Notes: a model not told the origin generated them from the sequence alone. A stretch of 64,000 bases of DNA from Octopus sinensis (GCF_006345805.1 NC_043004.1:31310001-31374000); one strand, 5' to 3'. Positions 1 through 14,153 are shown, counted from the first letter of the stretch. Numbers and translations are program-made.

Positions 1-365
1 GCTGTCACTAGGTACTTGCTACTGACAAAGCCCAAAGATGCAGAAATGCACATCTAGCAATACCAGTACCACTGCTGGACCATTTTCTTTTGCTACTGAT
101 ATATTCTTGCGTTATTTAACACAGTACATCTATAAGATATATCTCAGGATGATACTGCAGTTAATTAGGCTTTCCATTATGTATCTGCATTAAGTATGAT
201 ACACGAATGTGTGTGTGTGTGTTTGTGTGAGAGAGAGAGTGTGTGTGTATGTTTGCATGTATGTGTGTGTATATAGATGGCAAACAGACAGACAGACAGA
301 CAGGTAAGTAGATATATAGATAGATAGAGAGAGAGAGAGAGAGTGAGAGAGAGAGAGAGAGAGAT

Positions 366-512
366 GGGTTTCCTTCAGTTTCCATTAATCAAATCCAGTC
401 ACAAGGCTTTCATCAGCACAGATCTGTAGTAGAAAACACTTGCCTAAAGTGCATCACAGTGGGACTGAAGTCATGACCACATGACTGAGCAGCTAGCTTC
501 TTAACCGCCCAG
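366..512 (-). mobile_element. tRNA-derived SINE (family A: head ggtaagaagcttgcttcc...aaagccttgtgagtggatttggtagacggaaactgaaagaagccc), degraded copy
   Basis: Reverse complement resembles the copies at ~8360, ~10330, ~32560 and ~37365. Confidence 0.6.
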
Positions 513-1130
513 CCAGGCGTATGATTAAAGCCACAGGCCCTTCATTTACTGAATCTTGCTGGAAGAAAGCCAAAGTTGGCACTGGTAGGATTTGAACTCA
601 AAAAATAAGGTTTTACAAAATATGCAAAAATGTCTAATCCATTGCTCTACTGAATGGCAACCCATTTCTCTGACCTGTCTTAGCAAACTATAAGGAAATA
701 GCAAAGATCTTTACCATTAAACCATATTACATAATATGAATTCATAAATAACATTCCAAGGATGGCAAATAATCACAAACATGCAGATGGCATTTAAATC
801 AGGAATAACCTCCTGAGAATGTCTGTAAACAGGAATAAATGGAACCAAACTCATATCTCTTGTTTACCATCAGAGATAATTGTCAGTCATTAGACCAATT
901 TTCCTATTAGGTATTCGCAATTTCTCAGTACCTGCACACACACACACACAAACATGCATAAACTCCAACAAATGTATATATTATATATACATGTAGCCAC
1001 ATAGATAAATACATGTATGTATGAATGTTACATATATTACATGTGAAAGATTACTAATGGAATGTTCCTGTCACAACCTTTGTAAAATGTAAGCACAACA
1101 GACCAGCATAATGTTACAGATAAAAGTGAG

Positions 1131-1272
1131 GACGATGACGATGATGATGACGAGAATGACGATGAAGACGACGATGACGATGATGGTGATGATGATGATG
1201 ATGACGACGATGATGATGACGGTGGTGGTGGTGGTGGTGGTGGTTTTTGGTGATGGTGGTGGTGGTGGTGGC
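1131..1272. repeat. (GAT/GAC)n followed by (GGT)n compound trinucleotide microsatellite
   Basis: Directly visible; source of the poly-M/T/V/H ORFs. Confidence 0.95.
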
Positions 1273-1395
1273 AGCGGAAGCAATGAGGATGAAATGAGAA
1301 ACCAAAACATACTAAACCCAGATTAAAACTTTAGAGTTACAACTATGATTATTAAATATCATGATTATGTAACTCACTGCCTGAGCCTTAAAACT

Positions 1396-1545
1396 GAAGA
1401 AGAAGAAGAAGAAGAAGAAGAAGAAGAAGAAGAAGAAGAAGAAGAAGAAGAAGAAGAAGAAGAAGAAGAAGAAGAAGAAGAAGAAGAAGAGGAGGAGGAG
1501 GAGGAGGAAGAAGAAGAAGAAGAAGAAGAAGAAGAAGAAGAAGAA
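1396..1545. repeat. (GAA)n microsatellite with a short (GAG)n interruption, 150 bp
   Basis: Directly visible; source of the poly-E/poly-L ORFs. Confidence 0.97.
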
Positions 1546-1619
1546 TTGACACTGATATAGGGCTAGTGGACTGGTACTTTATGAAGTCTAAATGGATAAA
1601 AGGAACAGCCTTTGAACTC

Positions 1620-1900
1620 ATAATGCGGACAGCTCTTCATCTTGACTGTTGTCTGAACATTTCAACTGGATTCAAAATTCTTTTCACACCACTATAAGCA
1701 CTGTGTTATGTCTTGAAATCCTATCAAAAGTTATCTGAGTCAGGGTTGTCAAGAGGGCCCACATTTCTGCTCCATAGAGGAGAATGGAGAGAACCAATGC
1801 ATTGTAGATGCAGTGCCTTATCTTCCAGGAGATAGAGCAGTGGTGCCAGAGGGGATTCCATAAGGAGTACATGACCCCAGCAACCAGACCACATCTAGGA
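1620..1900 (-). mobile_element. Non-LTR retrotransposon fragment (post-RT region, RTE/L2-like)
   Basis: Minus-strand translation KIRHCIYNALVLSILLYGAEMWAL resembles the K.RIY.ALVLSILLYGAETW motif downstream of LINE RT domains. Confidence 0.7.
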
Positions 1901-2915
1901 AATATGACAGGTTATTTAACAGATACACAATTAAATTTGCTTATTCAACCACCAGAAACTTGGTTGAAATTATAGCAACACATAATGCTAGTAAATTAAG
2001 TAATCATGAACATCTAAATATATGGTTAAAAAAAATTTTTTAACTATTTTACTTTTTAATTATTACTTAATTATTTTTGATTATTTTAAAAATTATTTAA
2101 ATCTTTTAATTTTAATTTCTTAAAATATTTTAAAGTACTTTAATCATCTAATTATTTCAATTATTTCTTTAAATTATTTTTTAATTATCTTTTGATTTTT
2201 AACTATATTGCATTAATAGAATTTTTACTTTTTAATCTTTAATCTTTAATTTTTTCATCTTTTTTAGAGGTTTAACATTTTTATAACGGAGTATATACTT
2301 CTTAGGGTTAACTTACTTATGGATTAAATGACACATAGCAGTTAGAGAAAGTAGCCTCTGATTTAATCTAATCTATTTTATTTAGAATTTTATCTTATAT
2401 TTTTAAAATTGCTTTATCTGATCTATCTTATCTTAACATAAATATCCTTTATGATACATAGTATTCTAAAATGAAATGAAGTATTCCTTAATGAATACCA
2501 TCTTTCCTAATATTTTACATTTAGAATTCTCACTAATTCAGCCTGTCTTCCTCTGTTCATTGTATACATATTGAGAAGTATTACTGATAGCATTAAAATT
2601 TTTATGACCTGATCAATGCTTCTACTAAAATGGGCTTATTTCAACATACACCACCATATCTTTGTAAATGGTCAGAAAAAGTATAAGTGAGGCAGACACT
2701 AAGTATTATCATTAGTATTCAGTTAGCTTCCTGGTTTGCTGGAATACATTACATATTAAATTCCAATTCTATCATGATCTGATAAGTAGGAATATGAAGT
2801 AGATCTATAAAGAAATATAAATATAAATAGAGCAATAAGCCAACCTAAATTTGCTTCTTATTCCCTAAAATGTTCAGTCATATAAACAGCTTTGATAAGT
2901 ATAGAATAATGTTGA

Positions 2916-3156
2916 ATTCTATTGTGTCTGGGGAGAGTCATTTTCTTTTTGTGCCTTATTATGTAACACACTCACCAGTAAAATTTCCACGTTTTTCTTA
3001 TTTTTATTGTCCTAAAATTTTCGTTGCGTCTTGCAACCTTTTCAATAATTTTGACTTTTAGGGCAATAAAAATAAGAAAAACGTGGAAATTTTACCAGTG
3101 AGTGTGTTACATAATAAAGTACAAAAGAAAATTACTCTCCCCAGACACAATAGAAT
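2916..3156. mobile_element. Fold-back/MITE-like element, ~100-bp inverted arms
   Basis: 2916-3017 is the reverse complement of 3056-3156 apart from a few mismatches (attctattgtgtctggggagagt...actctccccagacacaatagaat). Confidence 0.8.
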
Positions 3157-3794
3157 ATGCTTCAACACACAAACTCATATAAAGAATCTTGCAAACCAAA
3201 TCAAAAAACGAAATGTTGAATTCTTCTTTCTCTTTAACATTTTAATCAATCAACTATGGGATCAATTAAGTTGTGCATAACAATGTTAACATTGCAGTAT
3301 TTTGAGGTATGCTATTCTATTTGAAACATATGTAGCTGATATATCATGAACCTCCATTCTTTTGTGTTTTTTTTATTGTACTCTGTGACTATATACTGAA
3401 TTTATACAGAATCCATTGAGTGTTTGAACTTCAGATTTACCAATTGGGCAGGTAGTAAAAAGTGAATTTACAACCTATGCTGATTACCATGGCATTCATG
3501 GGACAATTTAGTTGCTTATAAAGTATTTGCCTTGATTCTTTAATCCTTTTTTTTTTCCTTCATATATATCTACTGAATCCATTCACAATGCTTTGGTCAG
3601 CCTAGGGGTATAGTAGAAGATATTTGCTCAAAGTTTTGTGCAGTAGGACTAAGGCTAGAACTAAGAAGCTGAGAAACAACCTTCTTAACCCTACAACCAC
3701 ACTATAATATATTGAATTCTTAACAAATAGTTGTGTCTTGTAAATTACTATTAATAACAAATTATTTATATAGTATGTGTGTATGTGTGCATAA

Positions 3795-4250
3795 CAACCA
3801 TGCTACATGGGAGTGAAACATGGGCTGTTACTGTTGAGGACATGCGTAAACTTGAAAGAAATGAAGCTAGTATGCTTCACTGGATGTGCAATATCAGTGT
3901 ACATGTATGACAGAGTGTAAAAAGTCTTGAGAGAAAGGTTAGGCATAAGAGGCATCAGATGTGGTGTGCAAGAGAGACAACTGCATTGGTATGGTCATGT
4001 GATGCATATGAATGTGGAGGGTTGTATGAAGAAGTGCTGATCTCTAACTGTGGGAGGAGGCTGTGGAAGAGGGAGACCCAGGAAGACATGGGATGAGGTG
4101 GTGAAGCATGATCTTTGAACATTGGGCCTCAAGAAGGCAATGACTAGTGATTGAGACCTTTGGCGATATGCTGTGCTTGAGAAGACCCATCAAGCCAAGT
4201 GAAATCATAGTTGTGGCCATTGTTGGTGTCACATAACTGGCACCCATGCC
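3795..4250 (+). mobile_element. RTE-clade LINE 3' fragment
   Basis: HGSETWAVT..., LHWYGHVM... and GRGRPRKTWDEVVKHDL motifs; same family as 17.7-18.2 kb. Confidence 0.9.
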
Positions 4251-5028
4251 GTAATGCTGGAGACATTATCTAGTCCTTGGCAAGACTATAAAGACTTCTT
4301 TACTCTGTGTTGTTTCCATTCATATGTTCACCAGCACCAGAAATGTTGTCTCATTTTAGCCTATCTAAGATATATATATTAACAAACTTTAGATCAGTTC
4401 ACATATGTCTGGGATTTATTTCAACTTGTAAAAGCTACTTTGCTGCAATTTAACTGAGGAGAAAAAATTCTCACATTAGGTTAGTATCCAGAAATTTGGA
4501 ATGAAAAATTTACATCAGACTCAAGATGATATATGTGATGTGAGATGTTAATATCAATTATTGCTTTGAAAAGTGATAGTAGCAATCTTATTGTGCCTGC
4601 AAATCAACACTAACTCTGGCCTTCTGTGCATTATTGGTGTCAAATGGTTTAGATGCAATTTCATAGTCAAATTTAAATTGCACTATTTTGAATTGTTTTT
4701 TGTGGTGTGGCTATGTACAAAGTAAGCAATGCAATGTCAACACAATCACATACAATGTCAACACAATCTCCTTTTGCCAGCTGTGCTTACAATAAATATG
4801 TAGGGATTTCTCTTGTGACTCTGTTTGAAAGAGTTCTTATGATGGTATAGTTGGCTCTTAAATGATTTATCTGTTAAGCAGATGAAAAAGAAAGTACTGC
4901 TATCTTATTGCTCATTGTGGTGGTATGTTACACAATGTAGTTACTCAAACACTGTTTATCCAAAGGATCCAACTCTGGGTTGCAAAAATTACAGTTATTT
5001 CCTTTTTTTGGTTTGAATAGTCAATTTT

Positions 5029-5054
5029 ATGTTTGCATATATATATGTATGTTG

Positions 5055-5103
<49 letters not shown>

Positions 5104-5359
5104 TGTCCCATCATGACTACGGCTTTAAAGTTTAAACAATTACAGAGTTGTGTTTGTGTGTGCGTTTGTATGCATGTATGTATCTATTTACACACACACA
5201 CACATATATATATACATACGTACGCACACATGCACACAACAAATGTTTAAACAATCTTACAACATATATTGAGTATTCTTTTCCTCTTACCTTTAAAACA
5301 CACCGACATATATGCTCATACACAGTCACACAAGTAAATCTGTGCATGCGCATACACAA

Positions 5360-5393
<34 letters not shown>

Positions 5394-5621
5394 ATACGAG
5401 CACATGCTCAAATGCATACTCACATTCACACTTCCAAACTCACATACACACACACACACATGCTCGCAGGCAACACACACACACATACACAGAGATAAAG
5501 AACATAAATATTTAAGAATCAGTTATGCACTAATAATGCAAAGTATAAAAGAAACAAAATCAGTCCCACACTACCATCTTCTCCATAGGAATTTACAACA
5601 ACCACTCTCTCTCTCTTTCTT

Positions 5622-5657
<36 letters not shown>

Positions 5658-6218
5658 ACTCACACACATACACACACTCACACACACACACACACAAATA
5701 CATATATACATGCTACAACATATATATAAACATGCATGTACGCACACATGTACATACATGCACACAAGCAGACATACTTGCACTTATACAACCTGACATA
5801 AAAACACAGTATTACACAAAATCAAACACATACATGCACATATGCACAAACACATGCAAGTAAGTTTTGCATGTAAATGTGCATGCATGCATATATCTAT
5901 GTGTGCATATATATATACATATGTGTGTGTGTGTGTGTGTGTACATATATATATATGTATGTATCCATGTGTACATATATATGTATATATATATATATAT
6001 AAGCTCATTATTATTATTTTATAGCTTTATAATTTTATGTAATACATATATGTATGGATGTGTGTATGTATGTATGTTTGTGTATGTATGCATGTGTCTA
6101 AATATGTATACCATCATCATCATCATCGTTTAATGTCTGATGATGATGATGATGATATACATAGATATGTGCATACATACACACACATACATACATGCAC
6201 ACATCCATACATACATAT

Positions 6219-6285
<67 letters not shown>

Positions 6286-6530
6286 GTATATATATTTATA
6301 GATATACATTTACATAATAGACATACATGATATTCTACACCACAGGAATATAGAAAATAGGAGTGAAAAAGAGAAAAAGATAATAGTAAGTAATTATATA
6401 CAAGCACATATAGTGTGTGTTTGTGCGTGTGTGTGTGTGTGTGTGCATGCATGCGTGTGTGTGTGAGCGTGTGTGTGTATTTGTGTATGTGTACAAACAC
6501 ACACATGATATATATATATATATATTTAGA
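5029..6530. repeat. Compound (TA)n/(CA)n/(CT)n/(CAT)n microsatellite field
   Basis: Directly visible; ORFs here are H/T/Y/I/C/V-only repeat translations. Confidence 0.95.
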
Positions 6531-6779
6531 TAAAGATAGTTATAGCCAGTTCATAGGGTTACCCAGGGTTTTGCATCCATAAATTGCCTGGCTTCTCTTT
6601 CACATTTATGAATTACTGACAATATATATATTTATCATCATCATCATCATCATCATCATATATAAGCCATCACTCCACTTAGATTAGCTGTGGATTTTTG
6701 TACTTCTTCAGACTCTACCACCATGAATCCTACTGTTCACTTTTGTTGATGTATATCACACTAATCTACCATAACTCCT

Positions 6780-6900
6780 CGAACTTTCTGAACTTTTTGT
6801 TCTAAGAGAATAGGCTTGAACTGTCAAAAACGTTTTCATTCTTCCCGCGCGTCAAACTGATGCACCTACTCTTTGTTCTTTCACCTGTCTTCGTCTTTTG
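6780..6900 (+). mobile_element. Penelope-like element terminal remnant (degenerate)
   Basis: aagagaataggcttgaactgtcaaaaacg...cacctgtcttcgtcttttgt is similar to the 23.1 kb and 42.3 kb copies. Confidence 0.5.
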
Positions 6901-8359
6901 TCCTCTGTAAATTTGAACTATATATACATACATATATATGTGTATGTGTGTGTGAGGGTGCATGGCTTAGTGGTTAGGACGCTACACTCACAGTTGCAAG
7001 ATTGTGGGTTCGATTCCCAGATTGGGCATTGTGTTGTATATATACATATATATATAATGATTAAGATGACTGGACGCAATTTAAAACCCAAAAGGAAAAA
7101 AACAGTCACTAAAAGTAACTATGAGTGTAGAGCATCACCAGCATTGCTAGAAACAAGAGTCAAAGACTATTTAGCCATGAACAAAGCACAGTTCTGTGTA
7201 CTGACAAGAGAGACAACCTCCAAACATCAAGCAAAGGCATCAAATTGGCACATCAATTTCACATGAAATTAATGCTTATCAGTGATGTTACTCCTCCGCT
7301 GGTGGTGAAGAGGAATTCCACTCGTCAGTATTTTTAGAATTTACCATAGGAATCAAAGGTTGATCCAGCAAAATGGTAATGTGAAAATTATAAAATGGTT
7401 AAGATGGTTAGACACAATTCAAAACTAAAATGGAAAAATGCACCATCACTAAAGGTGACAAGACAATTTGAGACTAATACATATAATAAATGCATGTATT
7501 TAAAAAAACTGAAGAACCATATTCACACACATAGAGAGATAAGAAAATGATGCCCACATCTATCTATAAAATTTGTAGAGACATATCCACAAAGATATGT
7601 ATAACAATATATACATACATACACACTTTTGTATTGATGAACAGGTACATAGATATATAGATGCATATATACATGTGTATTTACTCATCCACATAGTAAT
7701 CACACATGTATCTATGCATACACATATAGATGTACATACATCAAAACACATAGATGCACACATGACTACAGATATATGAATTAGATATTTGGTCATACAC
7801 TCAGACACACATTTTTGAGTATGGAGACAGATATGCTAATAGACATATGTTATGAGCTACTAACAGTTTCATAAATTGAAGATGTTATCTTGGCAGGTTT
7901 TAAAATATGCCTAGTGTCTCCAAGTAATCTTCAGTGTCTCTAGATAATCTCCAAAATTACTTGGAGTCACTAAGCACGTTTTAAAACCTACATAGATAAT
8001 ATCTTTAACTTATGAAACTATTAGTAGTTCTTAACTATATACTGTGCACATTAAGCAATATTTAAATCTCACTGGATAGAGCACTTTTTTGTTGATCTTA
8101 CCTTAACGAATAAGTAAACTGAGTGAGTGTGTGTGTGTATCAATATATTTATATATATTTTGTGTGTGTGTGTGTGTATGTGTGTGCACGAATAAGTATA
8201 TACGCATATCCATAAACACACCAAAGTGTATAGGCAAACGCACACGCAGACAACTTGTTCTCCTTTCATAAGTATTTATGTATATATTAACAGACAAAAT
8301 AGTTTAAAATGAGATGCTGGTTAAAGAATGAAAAAAAAAAAGAGGTAGAAAAATAAGAG

Positions 8360-8760
8360 AGGTAAAAAGCTTGCTTCCCAACAACATGATTCTGGATTCA
8401 GTCCCACTGTGTGGCACCATGGGTAAGTGCCCTCTACAATAGTCTTAGGCCGATCAAAGCCTTATGAGTGAATTTGGTAGACAGAAACTGAAAGAAACTC
8501 ATCATCATATATATATACTTGCGTCTGCTTTTATGTCTGTGTTTGTCCCCCCACCTCCACTGCTTGCCAACCAGTGTTGGTGCGTTTACATCAACATAAT
8601 AGAGCAATTCAAGAAAAAGACCATCTAAAAGACCAACAGAATAAGTACCAGGGTTAAAAACAAAGGTTTTCGGTTCGGTTCATTCAACTAAAAATTCTCC
8701 AAGGAAGTGCTCCAGCGTGGCCACAGTCTAATGACTGAAACAAGTAAAAGATGAAAGACA
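8360..8760 (+). mobile_element. tRNA-derived SINE family A with long tail (...aaggcagtgctccagcatggccgcagtc...gactgaaacaagtaaaag)
   Basis: Same head and tail as 32560-32915; tail-only copies at ~23600-23820, ~40615-40820 and 33900-34050 (minus). Confidence 0.8.
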
Positions 8761-9119
8761 TGCATATGCACAATAAGATAGTCAAGGAAGCATGATAATT
8801 CTAGTAAGACTGATGATGTAGGGTGGAATTTTTTTCTAAGAATGAATTGATGCTGAAGAGAATTATCCTAAAAGAAGAATTCTGATTTTTAAAAAAAGCA
8901 GAGAAAAGCAAGTTGTATATAGATATATATGTATATGTGTTAGTGTGTGTATGTGAACGCATGCGCGTGTGTGTGTGTGTGTGTGCGCGCATGTGTGTGT
9001 GTGCGCGCATGTGTGTGTGTGCGCGCATGTGTGTGTGTGTAAATACATAAAATACATGTGCATGTGCTTGTGTGTGTATGTGTGTATGTATATATATATA
9101 TATATATATGCATATATAA

Positions 9120-9350
9120 AGGCTGCGAGCTGGCAGACATGTTAGCGCGCTGGGCAAAATGCTTAGTGGTATTTCGTCTGTCGTTACATTCTGAGTTCAA
9201 ATTCTGCTGAGGTCAGCTTTACCTTCCATCCTTTCGGGGTCGATAAATAAAGTACCAGTTTTGCACTGGGGTCGATGTAATCGACTTAATCCCTTTGTCT
9301 GTCCTTGTTTGTCTTCTCTATGTTTAGCCCCTTGTGGGCAATAAAGAAAT
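9120..9350 (+). mobile_element. SINE (family D: ggcggcgagctggcagaaacgttag...gagttcaaattc...ggggtcgataaat)
   Basis: B-box-like gagttcaaattc and a tail ending aaagaaata; fragments of the same tail at ~30570-30616. Confidence 0.7.
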
Positions 9351-9946
9351 ATATATATATATATATATTTGCATATATATAAAGACGATAAGAAATGGAG
9401 CAATTAAATCATGACTTTATGACATCTACTTCTTGCTGTTTATTGTTCCATTTCTTATCATCTTTATATATATTAAACCACGGTTTACCTTTTAAATTAC
9501 CTACTACCATATACCTTATAACAAGGACCATACATACTGAGATAATACCAGGAATGACTATTGATATATCTATCCATTAGATGGTTACATTACCTCTAAC
9601 TTATATGCATACATATGTATATTTACATCATCGCCAACCAGTGGTTGTCACACGCTGATGATAGGTTAATACTCAGAAACCCAGGTCCGTGTGTATCACA
9701 TCAAGCTGGAGATGGGAAGGATGACTTCCCTTTGCAAATACTGATTGGACACAGAAAGTGTGTCAATAGCCAGCTGGAGGAGATGTCTTCCTGGGGCTAC
9801 AAGCTACAGTAGCATCAACTCTTATGGGTTAGCCGCATTTAAGTGGCAAATATACTTCACGATATATATATTATATATATATATATATTATTATATATAT
9901 ATTATATATATCTGCATATATATGTATAAATATATATACTTGTGAA

Positions 9947-10267
9947 GGCGCATGGCTCAGTGGTTAGAGCATTGAGCATACGATCGTGAGGTTGTGAGTT
10001 CGAATCCTGGACCGGGCTGCATGTTGTGTTCTTGAGCAAGACACCTTATTTCACGTTGCTCCAGTTCACTCAGCTGTAGAGATGAGTTGCAACATCACAG
10101 GTGCCAAGCTGTATCAGCCTTTGCCTTTCCCTTGGATAACACTGGTGGCACGGAAAAGGGAGGCCAGTATGCATGGGTCTTTCATAAACAACTTTGCCCA
10201 GACTTGTGCCTAGGAGGGTAACTTTCTAGGTGCAATCCCATGGTCAGTCATGACTGAAGGGGGTCTC
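9947..10267 (+). mobile_element. tRNA-derived SINE family B
   Basis: A box TGGCTCAGTGG, B box GTTCGAATCC; near-identical to 14773-15099 (+) and 40128-40450 (-). Confidence 0.9.
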
Positions 10268-10282
10268 AGCATATATACTTAC

Positions 10283-10326
<44 letters not shown>

Positions 10327-10329
10327 TAG

Positions 10330-10500
10330 GGTCAGGAGTGGTTGTGTAGTAAGAAACTTGCTTCCAAACCACATGATGCAGGGTTCAGTCCTCCTGCATG
10401 GCACCTTGGGCAAGTGTCTTCTACTATAGCTTCAGGCTGACCAAAGCCTTGTGAGTGGACTTGGGAGACGGAAACTGAAAGGAGCCTGTCGTGTGTGTGT
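10330..10500 (+). mobile_element. tRNA-derived SINE family A
   Basis: ggagtggttgtgtagtaagaaacttgcttcc...gacggaaactgaaaggagcctgtcg. Confidence 0.8.
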
Positions 10501-11227
10501 GTGTATGCACGTGTATATCTCTATGTATGTATTCACACACACATGCATCCACATATACATGTCTAACTTTATGGTGGAGAAGCAGTTTGCAGTGTATGTA
10601 TTTATATATATATATACACACACACGTGTGTGTATGTGTGTGTCAAAGTACAAAGAAAGTGAATATTTGAGGGGAAGAAAAAGGTGGTGGGGAGGAGGCT
10701 GAGCTGAAAGTATAGAGTGGAAATATGGAAGTAAGCTGTGTATAGGATGACAAATGTCATGGGAGCAGCATTAGGAGAGTCACAGGATCCTGTTCCTGTT
10801 CAGTTGAAATAGTAAGAGAGAGCCAGGAGAATGAGTGAGAGTGACAAAGGGTAGGAGAGAGAGAGAGAGATAAAGATAGACAGACAGTCAAAGAAGAAGA
10901 GCAACAGAGAGAGAGAGAGAGAGAGAGAGGAGAGTGAAAGACCAGCAGTGGTTGTGGGGTGCTAAAGAAGGTTAAGAGTAAGCACATTTATCATAAACAC
11001 ACACACACAAACACACACACCACTCACACACACACACTTGCATATACATTTTGGTACACACACATGCACAAGCAAATGCAGATACACATATACACGTGTG
11101 CATATATATGTGTGTGTGCTGCCTCTCAAATTCATGTACACACATACACATGCACATACTCACAGATACACATGAACACAAAGTACAGACTCATGCATAC
11201 ACACACACACACACTCTGACAACAATG

Positions 11228-11258
<31 letters not shown>

Positions 11259-11429
11259 CACCTACATATCAAACTGTCACACGCACTCAAGAGTACAGAC
11301 TCAGGCATACACACTTAGATTATTACATGCACAGTCACATATGCATAGTCATACACATATTCATAAAGACAGACAACGCACACTCACATACACACATACA
11401 TTTGTATATGTACATATGCACCATAGACA

Positions 11430-12270
11430 CACATGCACAGTTATATACACATTCATACAGACAATACACACACACACATACAAACATACAAATGCACAGG
11501 CACAAATGCACATACACACATGCACACACATACACACATACACACATACAAACACACACACACACATAAACAAATACACACATACACACACACACACACA
11601 CACATGCACACAAACATGCATGTGCACACACACACACAAACATACAAATGCACAGGCACATATGCACATACACACATGCACACACATACACACATACAAA
11701 CACACACACACACACACACACATAAACAAATACACACACACAAACGCACACATGCACACAAACATGCATGTGCACACACACACACAAACATACAAATGCA
11801 CTGGCACATATGCACATACACACATGCACACACATACACACATACAAACACACACACACATACACACACACACACACACATGCACACAAACATGCATGTG
11901 CACACACACACACAAACATACAAATGCACAGGCACATATGCACATACACACATGCACACACATACACACATACAAACACACACACACACACACACACATA
12001 AACAAATACACACACACAAACACACACATGCACACAAACATGCATGTGCACACACACAAACATACAAATGCACTGGCACATATGCACATACACACATGCA
12101 CACACATACACACATACAAACACACACACATAAACAAATACACACACACAAACACACACACACAAATGCACACACATATGCACACAAACATGCTTGTGCA
12201 CACACGCACACACACACAAACACACACACACACTCACACACACACAAACACACACACACAATCACACACA
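11430..12270. repeat. CA-rich higher-order minisatellite (~130-155-bp unit, about 5 copies)
   Basis: Anchor caaacatacaaatgcac(a/t)ggcaca recurs near 11481, 11637, 11786, 11913 and 12057. Confidence 0.85.
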
Positions 12271-12329
12271 CCTCAAAATAGTTTTGTTCTTAGTTCAGAG
12301 AGAGAGAGAGAGCAAGTAAGAAAATTCCA

Positions 12330-12630
12330 GTGAATGGTGGCTGGGTTGAGGAAGTTCTATGTAGTCCTTTGTTGAAGGAGAAACTCTGTCAGCTTATGGA
12401 AAGAATTTATTAATGATGGATGAGGTGAAGAAAGAAAAAAAAACAAACAACAAAAGTAATTCAGATTCCAGCGGAGGGGGGGTGACAACTAATTTAAGGA
12501 ATGGTACCAGTGGAGAGGGTGGAAAGATCTTGTGAGGGGAGAGCTGTTTGGAAAGGTGAACGAAGCCTCTAAGATATAAAATTGTAAAAATTAAGAGGTG
12601 TGCCATTAAGGGATGGCATTACTTACTGTT
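12330..12630 (-). mobile_element. Possible very old CR1/L2-like LINE 3' fragment
   Basis: Minus-strand TSSIINKFFP loosely resembles the RT..F.NSFFP C-terminal motif; weak. Confidence 0.3.
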
Positions 12631-12654
12631 AAAGGAAGCTGGCAGTCATTGATA

Positions 12655-12790
12655 TGTGTGTATGTATGTATGTATGTATGTATGTATGTATGTATGTATG
12701 TATGTATGTATGTATGTTTGTATGTGTGTATGTATGTGTGTATGTGTGTATGTATGTATGTATGTGTGTATGTATGTATGTATGTATGTA

Positions 12791-12821
<31 letters not shown>

Positions 12822-13193
12822 ATGTATATATGTATGTAATATTTACATATGTATGTATGTATGTATGTGTATGTATGTACATATTTACATATGTATGTAT
12901 GTATGTAGTATGTATGCACATATATGTGTATGTATGCATTATGTATGTATGCATGCATGCATGTATGTATGTATGTATGTATGTGTGCATGTGTGTAGGT
13001 ATGTGTGTATGTATGCACGTATGCATGTATGTATGTGTGTATATGTATGCATGTATGTATATATGTATACGTATGTGTATGTGTATGTGTATGCATGTAT
13101 GAATGCTTGTATGTATGTATGTTTGTATGTGTGTATGTATGTGTATGTGTGTATGTATGTATGTATGTGTGTATGTATGTATGTATGTATGTA

Positions 13194-13224
<31 letters not shown>

Positions 13225-13545
13225 ATGTATATATGTATGTAATATTTACATATGTATGTATGTATGTATGTGTATGTATGTACATATATACGTATGTAGT
13301 ATTATGTATGCATGCATGCATGTATGTATGTATGTATGTGTGCATGTGTGTAGGTATGTGTGTATGTATGCACGTATGCATGTATGTATGCATATATCTA
13401 TGTATGTATGTGTGTATATGTATATATGTATGTATATGTATATATGTATACGTATGTGTGTATGTATGTGTGTATGTGTATGTATGCATGTATGAATGCT
13501 TGTATGTATGTATGTTAGTGTGTATGTATGTAGGTATGTAAGTAT
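12655..13545. repeat. (TATG)n-based compound satellite with an internal ~400-bp duplication
   Basis: gtatatatgtatgtaatatttacatatg occurs near 12825 and again near 13225, followed by matching variant blocks. Confidence 0.85.
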
Positions 13546-14068
13546 GAAAATGTGTGTGTGTGTGTGCGTGTATGTGTATATGTGTATATGTGTGTTGTTG
13601 TATACATGCAAGGGGTATTAATGATGAAATGCATGTGCATATGTGCATGTAATTTATTAATGAACTAGTATTTCTGGTATATATTAAATAAGAGTAATGT
13701 AAACATATAAAATTGAATGTGAAATTAGTGAGCTTGTGGAAATACTCACATGCACACTATATATATATATATAAATATAAAACTATATATATATATATAG
13801 ATATTATATATTATATATAATATATACACATATACATATATATATACATATATATATATAGATATATAGATATATATACAATATATATACATATATATAC
13901 ATTATATATACATATATAACATATAATATACATATATATATAACATATACATATATACATATATATATATATATATTATTATATAATATTATATATATAT
14001 ATATATATATCCATAATAATCTGTGTACATATATGTTTATGTATCCATATATATATATATATATTGAG

Positions 14069-14153
<85 letters not shown>

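Noticed and set aside
740-840. Strong minus-strand acceptor (tttattcctgtttacag, ~823) as a terminal exon
   Set aside because: Only short frames follow and no upstream exon can be linked to it.
1345-1621. Poly-Glu and poly-Leu ORFs
   Set aside because: (GAA)n microsatellite with no splice or homology support.
7080-7360. Possible GIY-YIG (Penelope) coding remnant in the 122-aa ORF
   Set aside because: No diagnostic motif could be aligned with confidence.
9947-10020. tRNA-like A/B boxes (also 14773, 31390, 40380, 43540)
   Set aside because: These are SINE heads continuing into shared SINE bodies; no complete acceptor stem.
11335-13648. ORFs of 200-340 aa (H/T-, C/V-, M/Y-rich)
   Set aside because: Translations of (CA)n/(TATG)n repeats, which lack stop codons; open in several frames on both strands.
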